From Candidatus Omnitrophota bacterium (GTDB lineage: Bacteria; Omnitrophota; Gorgyraeia; 2-01-FULL-45-10), in the NCBI GenBank assembly GCA_017993955.1, contig JAGOLR010000001.1, positions 15,876 to 79,875 of the forward strand: a DNA stretch of 64,000 bases. The letters are read 5' to 3'. The notes under the pieces were generated by a model. It did no database searches and was not told where the DNA came from. It was given only the letters and a program-made list of their open reading frames with translations. This document shows, one piece after another, positions 42,745 to 53,184 of this stretch (within the stretch, counting starts at the first letter, position 1; each line of letters opens with the position of its first letter). The position numbers and the translations under genes were made by a program.

Positions 42745-43484
42745 AAATAGAGGTTCACAAACTTAATGCCTGGTTTGGCGCCGCACATGTTTTAAAGAAT
42801 GTGGAGATGGAGATCCCCGCGCATGAGATATTAAGTGTGATCGGACCGTCGAATAGCGGCAAGACCACCTTCTTAAGGACGCTTAACCGTCTTAATGACC
42901 TTAACCCGCATTTCAAAATAGACGGGATGGTAGAGCTCGATATGGAGGATATCAGATCAATCGATATCGAGGCGCTGCGCAGGAAGATAGGCATGGTGTT
43001 TGCGCTTCCGCTACCCCTTCCCTTATCCATATTTGACAATGTCGCGTATGGCGTAAGGATGCATGGAGAAAAGAACGGCAAAAAGATTGCCGCTAAAGTA
43101 GAAGAGGCCCTCAAGCAGGGGTCTCTATGGGAAGAGGTCAAGGATAGGCTGGGGGAATCGGCGTTCAAGCTCTCCGGAGGGCAGCAACAGCGTCTGTGCA
43201 TTGCCCGGACGCTTGCCGTTGAACCGGAGGTGATACTTTTTGACGAACCCTGTTCGGGGCTCGATCCCATATCGACAGCTAAAGTAGAGGACGCAATGGT
43301 CCAGCTTAAAGACAGATACACGCTAGTTCTGGTCACCAACAATGTGAAGCAGGCAGCGCGGGTCGGGGACAAGACGGCGTTCTTCCTGAGCGGCGAACTC
43401 GTAGAACTGGATAAAACGGAAAAGATCTTTACCGCGCCTCACGATAAGCGCACAGATGGTTATATAAGGGGAAAATTCGGATAA
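42738..43484 (+). CDS. pstB: Phosphate import ATP-binding protein PstB (copy 1)
   Basis: Walker [10 protein letters not shown], signature LSGGQQQRL, Walker B ILFDEP. Confidence 0.85.
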   Translation: MVKIEVHKLNAWFGAAHVLKNVEMEIPAHEILSVIGPSNSGKTTFLRTLNRLNDLNPHFKIDGMVELDMEDIRSIDIEALRRKIGMVFALPLPLPLSIFDNVAYGVRMHGEKNGKKIAAKVEEALKQGSLWEEVKDRLGESAFKLSGGQQQRLCIARTLAVEPEVILFDEPCSGLDPISTAKVEDAMVQLKDRYTLVLVTNNVKQAARVGDKTAFFLSGELVELDKTEKIFTAPHDKRTDGYIRGKFG

Positions 43485-44239
43485 TGGCCAAGATAAATAC
43501 CGAAAAACTCAATCTATGGTATGGCCCTTTTCATGCCTTGAAAAATATCGACTCAAAAATAGAGAAAAACCGGATAACGGCTATGATAGGACCTTCCGGT
43601 TGCGGTAAGTCTACGCTCTTGCGAGTTTTCAACAGGATGAACGATCTTATCGAGGGTGTCCGGACGAGCGGCAATGTTTTTATAGACGGCGCAAACATAT
43701 TCAGTCCGGATGCGGATCTTGTGAAATTGCGGAAAAAAGTTGGGATGGTATTCCAGAGGCCAAATCCATTTCCGCTCTCTGTATACGAAAATATAGTGTT
43801 CGGCGAAAGGATTCACGCTGAGGGTGTTAAGCGCGACGCGCTAGATGAAATAGTTGAGCGCAGTCTCAAGAGCGTCCTTCTATGGGACGAATTGAAAGAC
43901 AGGCTCAAGGAGCCGGCATTAAGGCTAACGCTGGAACAAAAACAGCGGCTATGTATAGCGCGTCTTATTGCCGTGAAACCGGACGTGCTTCTTATGGATG
44001 AGCCATGTTCGACTCTTGACCCACAGGCTACCGCCCGAATCGAGGAATTAATGCGTGAACTGAAGAATAATTATACTATAATAATAGTGACTCATAATAT
44101 GCAGCAGGCTGCGCGGGTGTCGGATGATACGGGATTTATGCTTTTGGGCGAATTGATAGAATTCGGCAAGACAGAGCATATATTTACGGCGCCGCGGGAC
44201 AAGCGCACGGAAGATTATATTACAGGAAGGTACGGCTAA
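43484..44239 (+). CDS. pstB: Phosphate import ATP-binding protein PstB (copy 2, tandem paralog)
   Basis: Walker [25 protein letters not shown]. It has the same length and architecture as copy 1. Confidence 0.85.
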   Translation: MAKINTEKLNLWYGPFHALKNIDSKIEKNRITAMIGPSGCGKSTLLRVFNRMNDLIEGVRTSGNVFIDGANIFSPDADLVKLRKKVGMVFQRPNPFPLSVYENIVFGERIHAEGVKRDALDEIVERSLKSVLLWDELKDRLKEPALRLTLEQKQRLCIARLIAVKPDVLLMDEPCSTLDPQATARIEELMRELKNNYTIIIVTHNMQQAARVSDDTGFMLLGELIEFGKTEHIFTAPRDKRTEDYITGRYG

Positions 44240-44341
44240 TATTATCTATAGCCTAAATTTTTAAGCATTTTTACGCAAATCGTTGCAAAGTTTGGACGAT
44301 AATTTGCGCGCTGAAGATCATATCAAACCAGGAGGCCCAGG

Positions 44342-45010
44342 ATGGAAAGGCACATAGATCAGGAATTAAAAGAACTCAACAAAGAGATATTGAGGATGGG
44401 TGCATATACGGAAGAGGCTATATTTAAATCCGTAGAGGCGTTGAAGAATAGAGACAGGGATTTGGCTAAGAGCGTAGTAGATAATGATCGCAACATAGAC
44501 ACTCTGGAATTAAATATCGACGAAAAATGCGTAGACTTAATCGCCCGTTATCAGCCTATGGCCAAAGATTTACGTCTCATAACAACCGGCATGAAGCTTA
44601 ACACCGAGCTCGAAAGGATATCCGATATAGCTGTAGATATAGCGCAGCGCGTTCTCGAAATAGTTGATAAGCCAATACTTAAGCCTTTGGTAGACATACC
44701 CAAACTGACGGCTATCGCTCAACATATGGTAAAAACGGCAGTGGATTCTTTTATAAATGGTGATGTGGAGCTTGCGAAAAAGGTGATTATTTCTGACAGT
44801 GAAGCCGACAAGCTTCGCGATTCCATTACCAAAGAGCTCGTGGATAGCTATATGTCAAAAGACGCGTCGACCGCCCCCAGGGCCGTTCAGCTCTTGCTTA
44901 TCGCGCGTTTTCTCGAGCGCATATGCGATCATGCCACGAATATCGCAGAAGACGTTATCTATATGGTAGAGGCCGAAGTCGTCAAGCACCATCCGGAAAA
45001 GCTTAAATAA
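44342..45010 (+). CDS. phoU: Phosphate transport system regulator PhoU
   Basis: 222 aa, two PhoU repeats. Confidence 0.85.
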   Translation: MERHIDQELKELNKEILRMGAYTEEAIFKSVEALKNRDRDLAKSVVDNDRNIDTLELNIDEKCVDLIARYQPMAKDLRLITTGMKLNTELERISDIAVDIAQRVLEIVDKPILKPLVDIPKLTAIAQHMVKTAVDSFINGDVELAKKVIISDSEADKLRDSITKELVDSYMSKDASTAPRAVQLLLIARFLERICDHATNIAEDVIYMVEAEVVKHHPEKLK

Positions 45011-45093
45011 ATCTACCGGAAGGTGATCCGGAGAGACCCTCTCCTCCAAACGTTATTTGCCGATAAGCCCATTATGTGCTATCCTCTTAATCT

Positions 45094-46590
45094 ATGGAGG
45101 CATATAAGATAAAAAGAAGCATAAAGACAAAGATCATGAAAAGGATCCTCTTCTCGCTCTTTTTGGTTGCGGCCGTTCTGGGGTATCTTTCCTTCGAATT
45201 CAGTAAAGCCCGTATCGTGGCCATGCTGGGTGACTCCACAAAGGGCGTAGCCGCCACAATAGCCAGCCTCATATCTCCTTCCGATATCTCATCGATTCTA
45301 TCCAATTCCGAAAGAATAAAAGAATTTGTGGCTTATAAAAGACAGGCATCCATGGGGCCGGCTCCCGGGTTTTCCTCCGTGCCTATGGGGGGAAGGCTGG
45401 CAGACCTATATCAAAATTATACGAAACTCTTAGGCGATATCAAGGCGATGAATAAGATAGATAGCCCTATAAACGTATATGTGACTTCGGGCAAGAATCT
45501 TTCTTTGGCCTTTTCCAGCGAACAAGGTTTTCTAATAGGCGCAGATTACACCATGAGGCCGGAAGCGAGAGACGCTTTTACGAACGGCTCGACCCAGGCT
45601 ACGGGCATATATAAAGACAAGGACGGGATCTGGATATCCGCATATGCTCCGGGCGGATATCTTCCGCAGGATTCAAGGCGTGTAATGGTAGAGATAAACT
45701 ATAAAATAGATTCATACATAACACGACTCCAGGAAGAGCTCATTATCATAATAATCATATGCTTTGCGGGTTTTCTTTTTGCGGCAGCAGTGAGTTACCT
45801 TATGGTTAAAGACATTGTGGCATCGATAAAGAAACTTAATGAAGCGGTGACATATCTCGATCATGAAGACTATAATAAGCCTATAGATGTAAAAAGCGAT
45901 GACGAGATAGGCCACCTCGCCGCTACATTCGAACTTATGAGAAAGTCAATAAGGAAGAAGATAGACGAACTGCGCCTTTCTCTTACAAGGGAAAGGAAGG
46001 CGCATCTGGAATCTGTAGCGGTCCTTACCAATGCCATCGAGACCAGAGATGCCTACACCAAAGACCATGTCAACCGCGTAGAAAAGTACGCCCTTCTTAT
46101 AGCAAAGGCGATGCGTATGTCGCACGAAGATACTACGCAGCTTAAATACGGATGCTTTTTGCATGATATAGGGAAGATATATATAGACAATGCGCTTCTG
46201 AAAAAGGGTACCCTTAGCGAAAAAGATTTTGAAGAGATAAAGAAACATTCCGAGCGCGGCGCAAAGATAATAGAAGGAGTGCAATTTTTACAGGAGACCA
46301 AGGACGCCGTTTTGTATCATCAGGAACGCTACGATGGAAAAGGCTACCCCAAGGGGCTTAAAGGTAAAGATATACCGCTACTTGCCAGGATCATAGCGGT
46401 AGCGGATGCCTTCGACGCTATGACAACCGACAGGCCTTACAGGCCTAAGATTAGTTTTGAGAAGGCATTCATCGAGATAGAGAAAAATTCCGGCACGCAA
46501 TTTGACCCGGATGTTTGCAACGCATTCCTGCAATATCGCGATACCCTGGAAGATATGGCGAAAAAGCATTTCGTCGATATCGATGATTGA
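45094..46590 (+). CDS. HD-GYP domain c-di-GMP phosphodiesterase with N-terminal periplasmic sensor and HAMP-like linker
   Basis: HDIGKIYI plus the ERYDGKGYPKGL (GYP) motif. Two TM segments flank a periplasmic domain. Confidence 0.7.
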   Translation: MEAYKIKRSIKTKIMKRILFSLFLVAAVLGYLSFEFSKARIVAMLGDSTKGVAATIASLISPSDISSILSNSERIKEFVAYKRQASMGPAPGFSSVPMGGRLADLYQNYTKLLGDIKAMNKIDSPINVYVTSGKNLSLAFSSEQGFLIGADYTMRPEARDAFTNGSTQATGIYKDKDGIWISAYAPGGYLPQDSRRVMVEINYKIDSYITRLQEELIIIIIICFAGFLFAAAVSYLMVKDIVASIKKLNEAVTYLDHEDYNKPIDVKSDDEIGHLAATFELMRKSIRKKIDELRLSLTRERKAHLESVAVLTNAIETRDAYTKDHVNRVEKYALLIAKAMRMSHEDTTQLKYGCFLHDIGKIYIDNALLKKGTLSEKDFEEIKKHSERGAKIIEGVQFLQETKDAVLYHQERYDGKGYPKGLKGKDIPLLARIIAVADAFDAMTTDRPYRPKISFEKAFIEIEKNSGTQFDPDVCNAFLQYRDTLEDMAKKHFVDIDD

Positions 46591-47680
46591 AAAAATATAC
46601 ATTAAAAACGCCTCCGTAATCCTGCCTGCCAGGATACTTAAGAATTCCTCTGTGACAATCCTTGGCGAAAGGGTCTCCTCAGTAGGTCCGGTTAGAAACC
46701 CGCCTTCGGGCGCAAAAGTGATAGACGCATCGGGTTTGTATGTTGCGCCTGGTTTTATCGATACGCATATACACGGCTTGCCGGAAGATATATTCGATAA
46801 TGAAATACGATACGGGACGACCTCTATAGTTGTAGCGCTATCCTGCGATTCATTGCCCCGGCTTTACGCTAAGGTCGATCGGATAAAGAGATTCATCGAT
46901 TCTAACCGGCTAGGCGGGAACGTGGTCGGGGTAAGGCTTGAAGGCCCATATATAAACAAACTTAAGAGCGGAGCGCAGGATAAAAGTTTTATACACAGAG
47001 CAGACCCGAGAGAGCTTATAAGGATACTGAAGCGTTGCGGCCCTCTATTAAAGATGATGACGGTAGCTCCGGAGATACCCGGCGCGGGGTCGATTATAAA
47101 GATTTTAAAAGCCCATGGGGTTATAGCCTCTATCGGCCACTCAAACGCGCTGTATAAAGAGGCCGTTCGGGGTATAGATAAAGGCATAACCCACGCCACC
47201 CACCTCTTTAATGCCATGCGAGGCATGAATAGGGGCTATCCCGGCGCAGCTGATGCGGTACTTGCCGACAGACGCGTTATAGCTGAAATCATTCTGGATA
47301 TGGTCCATGTAAATAAAGAATGTTTTGCCATCGCGGCCAAATCCAAACGACCGGATAAGCTAGTCTTGATCACCGACTCAATAAGAGCCGACCTTAAGAA
47401 GGGTGTTTGGGAGAAAGACGGGGTATACTGGGTATCGAAAAATGTAAAGGCCGGGTCATGTTTAAATATGATAGGCGCAGTAAAAAATGCCGTGACTTTA
47501 GCCGGGGTTTCATTGATTGAAGCAGTAAGATTTGTTACGCTTAACCCAGCCAAATTATTTAAGATCGATAAAACTAAGGGGTCTATAGCGGCAGGCAAAG
47601 ACGCAGACCTGGTTATATTCGACAAAAATTTTGACGTGAAAATGGTCATGGTTCGTGGTAGAATAAGCTACCATAAATAG
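46583..47680 (+). CDS. nagA: N-acetylglucosamine-6-phosphate deacetylase
   Basis: Amidohydrolase GFIDTHIHG motif. The likely start MIEKIYIKNASV at 46583 overlaps the upstream stop. It is adjacent to glmS. Confidence 0.7.
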   Translation: MIEKIYIKNASVILPARILKNSSVTILGERVSSVGPVRNPPSGAKVIDASGLYVAPGFIDTHIHGLPEDIFDNEIRYGTTSIVVALSCDSLPRLYAKVDRIKRFIDSNRLGGNVVGVRLEGPYINKLKSGAQDKSFIHRADPRELIRILKRCGPLLKMMTVAPEIPGAGSIIKILKAHGVIASIGHSNALYKEAVRGIDKGITHATHLFNAMRGMNRGYPGAADAVLADRRVIAEIILDMVHVNKECFAIAAKSKRPDKLVLITDSIRADLKKGVWEKDGVYWVSKNVKAGSCLNMIGAVKNAVTLAGVSLIEAVRFVTLNPAKLFKIDKTKGSIAAGKDADLVIFDKNFDVKMVMVRGRISYHK

Positions 47681-47753
47681 CAGGATGTCGTTTATCGACC
47701 TATATTATTTACGATAAACGATGAACTATATACGATAAACGAAAAGGACTAAG

Positions 47754-49613
47754 ATGTGCGGAATAATAGGCTATATAGGAAACAGGAAGGCCCAGGATAT
47801 AATAATTAGCGGCTTGAGCCGGTTGGAGTACCGCGGATACGACTCGGCCGGTATAGCCACTATAGATGAGCGCAAGATATGTCTTGTCAAGAGACAAGGT
47901 AAGCTTAAAGCCTTGAAAGACGAATTAAAGGGCAACCCCACCCCAGGCACTATAGGTATAGGCCATACAAGATGGGCCACTCACGGTATACCTAACGATA
48001 TTAACGCCCATCCCCATCTTGATTGTAAATCGAACATAGCCGTTGTGCATAACGGTATTATAGAGAACTATCTAGACCTTAAAAAAAGCCTTATACGCGA
48101 GGGGCATAGGTTTAATTCCGAGACCGATACGGAGGTCATATCGCACCTGGTGGAAAAGTTTTATAAAGGCGACCTCGAGGAAGCGGTGCGCAAGGCCATA
48201 AAGCAGTTAAAGGGGACGTTTGCCCTGGCAGTGATAAATAAACATGAGCCGGACAAGATAGTAGGGGCCAGGCGCGATTCTCCTTTAGTGGTGGGCTTGG
48301 GTAAGGGCGAAAATTTCATAGCCAGTGATGTCCCGGCCTTCCTGGAGCATACCAAAAAGGCCATATATCTTACCAACCACGAGACCGTGGTCATTACAAG
48401 GTCAGGCGTGACGGTAAAGGATTTCTCAGGCCGCAATGTGAACGCAAAGCGCTGTGAAGTCGCCTGGAACATAGCCCAAGCGGAAAAGGGCGGCTTCAAG
48501 CATTTCATGCTTAAAGAGATATTCGAACAATCGGATGTCTTGAAGCACATACTTAACGAGAGACTGCTCGACTGCAAAGTATCTTTTAAAGAACTCGCCA
48601 TATCGGAAAAGTCATTCCGCCGGTTTACCAATATAGCGATAGTCGCCTGCGGAACAGCATACCACGCCGGGATGACCGGTAAATATATGCTCGAAGAGTT
48701 TGCCAAGATGCCTTGCTGGGTCGATACCTCCAGCGAGTTCCGTTACCGCGATCCCATGGTGGGCAAGGGCACCCTGGTAATAATAGTATCCCAGTCGGGC
48801 GAGACCGCCGACAGCCTTGCGGCATTGCGCGAAGCAAAAAAGAAGGGCGCAACCGTATTGGCCATATGCAACGTCCTCGGCAGCTCCATCGCGCGGGAGT
48901 CGCACGGCGTTATCTACACTCACGCAGGACCGGAGATAGCAGTCGCTTCGACGAAGGCCTATACTGCGCAGCTCTCCATCTTTTATCTTTTGACACTATA
49001 TATGGCCGGGCTTAGAAGAACCGTGCCCCGATCACGTCTGGCAAAGCTATGCAGGCAGTTTAATGACATGCCGCGCCTTATGTCCGAACTATTATCAGAG
49101 TACAGGTCGGATTATAATACGCTTGCCGCTTACGCCCAGGAATTCAAGCGTTATTATTTGGAAAAGCACAATAAGTCATATTTTCTTTATCTCGCGAGGA
49201 ACATCAATTATCCCAATGCCCTTGAAGGCGCGCTGAAACTAAAAGAGATATCTTACATAAGCGCCGAGGGCTATCCCGCCGGGGAGATGAAGCATGGTCC
49301 CATAGCCCTGATCGACGAGAACCCCTGGGTTGTCTGCATAGCCGTGCAATCCAAAACTTACGATAAGATGGTATCGAATATACAGGAGATCAAGGCCAGA
49401 AGCGGCATAGTCATAGCTATAGCAACCGAGGGAGACAAAGAGATACTGCATAACAAAATTAATTATCTTATCGAGATACCGAAAGTGGATGAGCTATTCT
49501 CTCCGCTGCTTGTCGTCATACCTCTTCAGCTTTTAGCGTATTATGTTGCTCTCGAATTCGGATATGACATAGACCAGCCTCGAAATCTCGCGAAGTCGGT
49601 AACCGTCGAATAA
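47754..49613 (+). CDS. glmS: Glutamine--fructose-6-phosphate aminotransferase
   Basis: Starts MCGIIGY. Two SIS domains. 619 aa. Confidence 0.92.
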   Translation: MCGIIGYIGNRKAQDIIISGLSRLEYRGYDSAGIATIDERKICLVKRQGKLKALKDELKGNPTPGTIGIGHTRWATHGIPNDINAHPHLDCKSNIAVVHNGIIENYLDLKKSLIREGHRFNSETDTEVISHLVEKFYKGDLEEAVRKAIKQLKGTFALAVINKHEPDKIVGARRDSPLVVGLGKGENFIASDVPAFLEHTKKAIYLTNHETVVITRSGVTVKDFSGRNVNAKRCEVAWNIAQAEKGGFKHFMLKEIFEQSDVLKHILNERLLDCKVSFKELAISEKSFRRFTNIAIVACGTAYHAGMTGKYMLEEFAKMPCWVDTSSEFRYRDPMVGKGTLVIIVSQSGETADSLAALREAKKKGATVLAICNVLGSSIARESHGVIYTHAGPEIAVASTKAYTAQLSIFYLLTLYMAGLRRTVPRSRLAKLCRQFNDMPRLMSELLSEYRSDYNTLAAYAQEFKRYYLEKHNKSYFLYLARNINYPNALEGALKLKEISYISAEGYPAGEMKHGPIALIDENPWVVCIAVQSKTYDKMVSNIQEIKARSGIVIAIATEGDKEILHNKINYLIEIPKVDELFSPLLVVIPLQLLAYYVALEFGYDIDQPRNLAKSVTVE

Positions 49614-49637
49614 GAATGACAAATTTGAGTTTAAACT

Positions 49638-50300
49638 ATGGCCGGCACTCTATACATAGTATCGACTCCGATCGGCAATCTTGCTGATATAACATTCCGC
49701 GCCGTCGAGACATTGAAAGGCGTGGATCTGATAGCGGCGGAAGACACGCGCCATACCAAGATACTTCTAGACCGCTATGACATAAAAAAGCCGATGACGA
49801 GCTATTTCGAGCATAACAAGATACGCAAGACCGAATATCTTCTCGAAGTGCTTTCTCAAGGTAAATCCGTAGCGTTAGTTTCGGACGCCGGCACTCCCGG
49901 AATATCAGACCCCGGCTATAGTGTTATAAGGTCCTGTATAGAAAAAGGTTTCCCGGTGGTGCCGATACCCGGTCCCACCGCGTTCGTCGCCGCGCTTACG
50001 GCGTCTGGTAAACCCACCGATTCCTTTACATTCGAGGGATTCCTGTCTAACAAGTCGACCAGGAGAAAGAATGAGCTCAAGAAATTGAAGGAGGAGAATA
50101 GGACCGTCGTGCTCTACGAGTCTCCCCACAGGATAGAAAAACTTCTTTTGGATTTACTTGAGATATACGGGGATATAGAAGTGGTAGTGGCGCGGGAGAT
50201 TACAAAAAAATTTGAGGAGATACGAAGAGAAAAGGTATCTATATTGGCCAAAGTATTTTCGGGAAAAGACGCAAGGGGGGAGTTTATAGTTATTATCTAA
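49638..50300 (+). CDS. rsmI: 16S rRNA (cytidine1402-2'-O)-methyltransferase
   Basis: LYIVSTPIGNLADIT...AAEDTRHTKILL, characteristic of RsmI. Confidence 0.8.
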   Translation: MAGTLYIVSTPIGNLADITFRAVETLKGVDLIAAEDTRHTKILLDRYDIKKPMTSYFEHNKIRKTEYLLEVLSQGKSVALVSDAGTPGISDPGYSVIRSCIEKGFPVVPIPGPTAFVAALTASGKPTDSFTFEGFLSNKSTRRKNELKKLKEENRTVVLYESPHRIEKLLLDLLEIYGDIEVVVAREITKKFEEIRREKVSILAKVFSGKDARGEFIVII

Positions 50301-50323
50301 GAAAAAATTTTCGTGGAATAAAT

Positions 50324-50356
50324 AAAAAACGGGCCTTAAAAGACCCGTTTTTTATT
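50324..50356. terminator. Bidirectional rho-independent terminator
   Basis: AAAAAACGGGCC-ttaaaag-ACCCGTTTTTTATTT between convergent rsmI and the FecR-like gene. Confidence 0.7.
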
Positions 50357-50376
50357 TATAAGACGTCAGGTTTTTA

Positions 50377-50850
50377 TTATTCGCCTTCCTGCTGCGCCTC
50401 TACCGTTACCGAGAATGTAGTGCCCCTTACTCCGACTATGGAAGTGGGGGTCTTAACTTCAAATCTGGATTTCTCGGAATGGAGTTTTTTGGCTTTTATC
50501 AAGACCTCTCCCAGGGCCAGGTCCAGAAGCGTAGACTGGGTCATAGCTTCTTTATCGGCTACAAGCTGAGCAAGTTCCATATTGCTGTTCTGCTTTACCT
50601 CGACAGTGGCTGTCTGCGCCATCCCGTCGACGTTCAAAACGGCAAATGAATTGGCCTGCGTGCGTATGGCATCACCCTGCCTTAACTCCATGTCCACGGA
50701 AGCTGGCATCCATGGGCCGGACGCTGTCTTGACCTCTACCGTACCTTCAAGCTCCAGCACTTTCGCTACTCTGGCGGTATCGGCAGCTATGGCCGCAGAA
50801 GCTAGAAAAAAAGCGCATAACACTATTGCCAAAACCCTAAATATCTTCAT
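50377..50850 (-). CDS. FecR-domain protein with signal peptide
   Basis: SIVGVRGTTFSV, typical of the FecR/DUF4974 fold. 157 aa. Confidence 0.5.
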   Translation of the reverse strand: MKIFRVLAIVLCAFFLASAAIAADTARVAKVLELEGTVEVKTASGPWMPASVDMELRQGDAIRTQANSFAVLNVDGMAQTATVEVKQNSNMELAQLVADKEAMTQSTLLDLALGEVLIKAKKLHSEKSRFEVKTPTSIVGVRGTTFSVTVEAQQEGE

Positions 50851-51008
50851 GGCCTTCCTCCCGTAGTTTATTTTGACCCGGTCCCTTTTAAAAATTTATA
50901 CTTTATGATATACTTATAAAAATTATGATGTTATAGCATCCATTTCAAGTATAACATATCAATATAAGGTAGTCAAACGACCTGAAACTAGATTTTTGTG
51001 GGCTAACT

Positions 51009-53168
51009 ATGGTCAATAAAAGATCGGGCACCTTTTTTGATTCTATATTAATTCTGTCATTTCTAATAATATCCCAATTGTTTTACCCAGCAAGCCAAGC
51101 TCATGCCCAACCCCCCGCTACCCAAGTAGAAAGAGCTACATACCAGACAGACCAGTTCGGTAACCAAGCCGAAGCAAAAGCCAAATCGATGCTCAGAGGC
51201 CGCCCTGCCCCTATAACCGAGGCTGAAGAACCGGAAGTCGAAGATACCGATAAATTCCTGGTCAAAAAGATAAATCTGGAAGGCTGCGAAGCATTTCCGC
51301 CTGATAGCTTTGCCGAGATCGTGTCAAAATATGAAAATAAGGAGATAGGCCTTAATGCCATACAGCGGCTTTGCAAGAAGATAGAAAGGGAATACCTTAA
51401 ACGAGGGGTCATAGCTGCCGTATTCCCGCCTCCGCAGGATATAAAAGAGGGAGTTTTGACGCTCAAGGTCATCGAAGCTAAGATGGGAGAACTGGAGATA
51501 GGCAAGGCCATGTGGTTTAATAGTGATCGGCTGAAATACTATTGGCCTATCAAGTCTGGCGAGGTATTAAGGTATGACAAGATATCCAAAAGCATCCAGC
51601 TCATGAACAAAAATCCCGACCGCGAAGTAAAGGCCGCTCTGCATGCGGGAGAAAAGACCGGCACTACCGATGTATCGCTTACTCCTTATACTCAGGTGCC
51701 TATACACCCCAGCTTTACATATGACAACGACGGGTCTGCCCCGACTGGCACATTGAGGACCGGTTTTGGCATAAGGGATAATAATTTTTTGAATAATGAC
51801 GATATGTTAATGGCCGGTTATACTTACGGTAAGGACTTTGACAGCATATATGCCTATCACAATCTTCCTATAAGTTATTCTGGAGCATCCCTTCTTTACG
51901 GCTTCAGTAAAAGCGTATCGACCCCCATGAAAGATTTCCAGCCGTTCGACATGAGGACCTGGGCCGACAAGCTCGATTTCTCGGTGCACCAGGATATCTA
52001 TAAAAAAGACGAGTATCTTGGGGAGGTATATATACAATTTTCCGCCCAGGATAAAAGGACATATGCGAATACCGGGGGCCCTTTTAATAGCGGCGGCGGC
52101 ACTATAAATAAAGACAGGCTGCGGACGCTTATACTGGGCGGGACTTACCTTAAAAGGGCCGTGGGCGTTACTGCTCTGGTGACCCCGCAGTTTTCTCAAG
52201 GTCTTGATATATTGGGCGCCAGCCCAGAACACGACCCTTATCTTACTAGAGGCGCGCCGCCGGTTTATTCGAAATTTGTAACGACGATGATGACTAAGGC
52301 GGCCCTTCCATTTAATCTGAACCAAAATCTTAAGATAACATCGCAATTTGCTTCTTGCAAACTCAACCCATCCGAAGGCTTAAGCCTGGGAGGCATAGAC
52401 TCCGTAAGGGGATATCCCCCCGGAGACGTTATATTGGATAACGGGATACTGACAAACTACGAGATAACAAGCCCCATATTTTTTGTGCCGGAAGAATGGC
52501 GCCTGCCTTATGCCCAAAAACCATTACGGGAAGATTTCCAGGCTGTTGCATTTATCGATTATGGTTACGGAAAGCGGAGAGGGGAATTAAAGAACTACAA
52601 CGAGGTGGGCATAGGCCAAGGACTTCGTTTTAACTTCTATAATCAGGCCAACGTCCGCCTGGAGTTCGGGTACCCTATAGGCGATCACCCTTACAATAAC
52701 GGCAGGGCTTGGTTCTTCCATTTCGCGGTTAATTTTAACGGTACCCTGCCGGAAGAGATGGAGAGGGTGTCGAAGGCGATGGACGAAGCCCGCGTTAAGA
52801 AGTTTGCCTGGGAGCTTTTGGAAGAGGAGATGAAGCGCCCGGATAGCCCGGTAAAGGAGTTTATGTATAGGGGGCTTGCTGCGGCCCAACTTGCCGAAGA
52901 AGAAGGTCGCCTTGAGGATGCGAGATCGCTATACGAAAAGGTCCGGACCATGGGGAATATTTTGTATAAGCAAGCTGAGGACTATGTGAGAGGATTGAAA
53001 GAGCGCGAAGAAGAGCTGAAGTGCGAAAACGAAAAAGCCGCGTCTTTATACGAATCCGGTAAACTCGAAGAAGCCAGGGAGATATGGGAAAGAGTGACGA
53101 AAGACGCGAAACCGGCGCCTTTTGTCCTAGACCTTGAAGGCATCAAAGCGATAAGTAAGAACAAATGA
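51009..53168 (+). CDS. ShlB/FhaC-type (TpsB-like) POTRA outer-membrane transporter with C-terminal helical/TPR-like extension
   Basis: Signal peptide, then a POTRA-like KKINLEGCEAFPPDSFAEIVSKYENKEIGLNAIQRLCKKIEREYLKRG, then a beta-barrel region ending near residue 570. A roughly 150-aa charged helical tail follows. Confidence 0.5.
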   Translation: MVNKRSGTFFDSILILSFLIISQLFYPASQAHAQPPATQVERATYQTDQFGNQAEAKAKSMLRGRPAPITEAEEPEVEDTDKFLVKKINLEGCEAFPPDSFAEIVSKYENKEIGLNAIQRLCKKIEREYLKRGVIAAVFPPPQDIKEGVLTLKVIEAKMGELEIGKAMWFNSDRLKYYWPIKSGEVLRYDKISKSIQLMNKNPDREVKAALHAGEKTGTTDVSLTPYTQVPIHPSFTYDNDGSAPTGTLRTGFGIRDNNFLNNDDMLMAGYTYGKDFDSIYAYHNLPISYSGASLLYGFSKSVSTPMKDFQPFDMRTWADKLDFSVHQDIYKKDEYLGEVYIQFSAQDKRTYANTGGPFNSGGGTINKDRLRTLILGGTYLKRAVGVTALVTPQFSQGLDILGASPEHDPYLTRGAPPVYSKFVTTMMTKAALPFNLNQNLKITSQFASCKLNPSEGLSLGGIDSVRGYPPGDVILDNGILTNYEITSPIFFVPEEWRLPYAQKPLREDFQAVAFIDYGYGKRRGELKNYNEVGIGQGLRFNFYNQANVRLEFGYPIGDHPYNNGRAWFFHFAVNFNGTLPEEMERVSKAMDEARVKKFAWELLEEEMKRPDSPVKEFMYRGLAAAQLAEEEGRLEDARSLYEKVRTMGNILYKQAEDYVRGLKEREEELKCENEKAASLYESGKLEEAREIWERVTKDAKPAPFVLDLEGIKAISKNK

Positions 53169-53184
53169 CGACCAGGGGAGAGCG

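Noticed and set aside
47681-47753. Possible glmS ribozyme upstream of glmS
   Set aside because: The spacer is only about 73 nt and consists of the ACGATAAACGA repeats. It is too short and lacks the conserved glmS ribozyme core.
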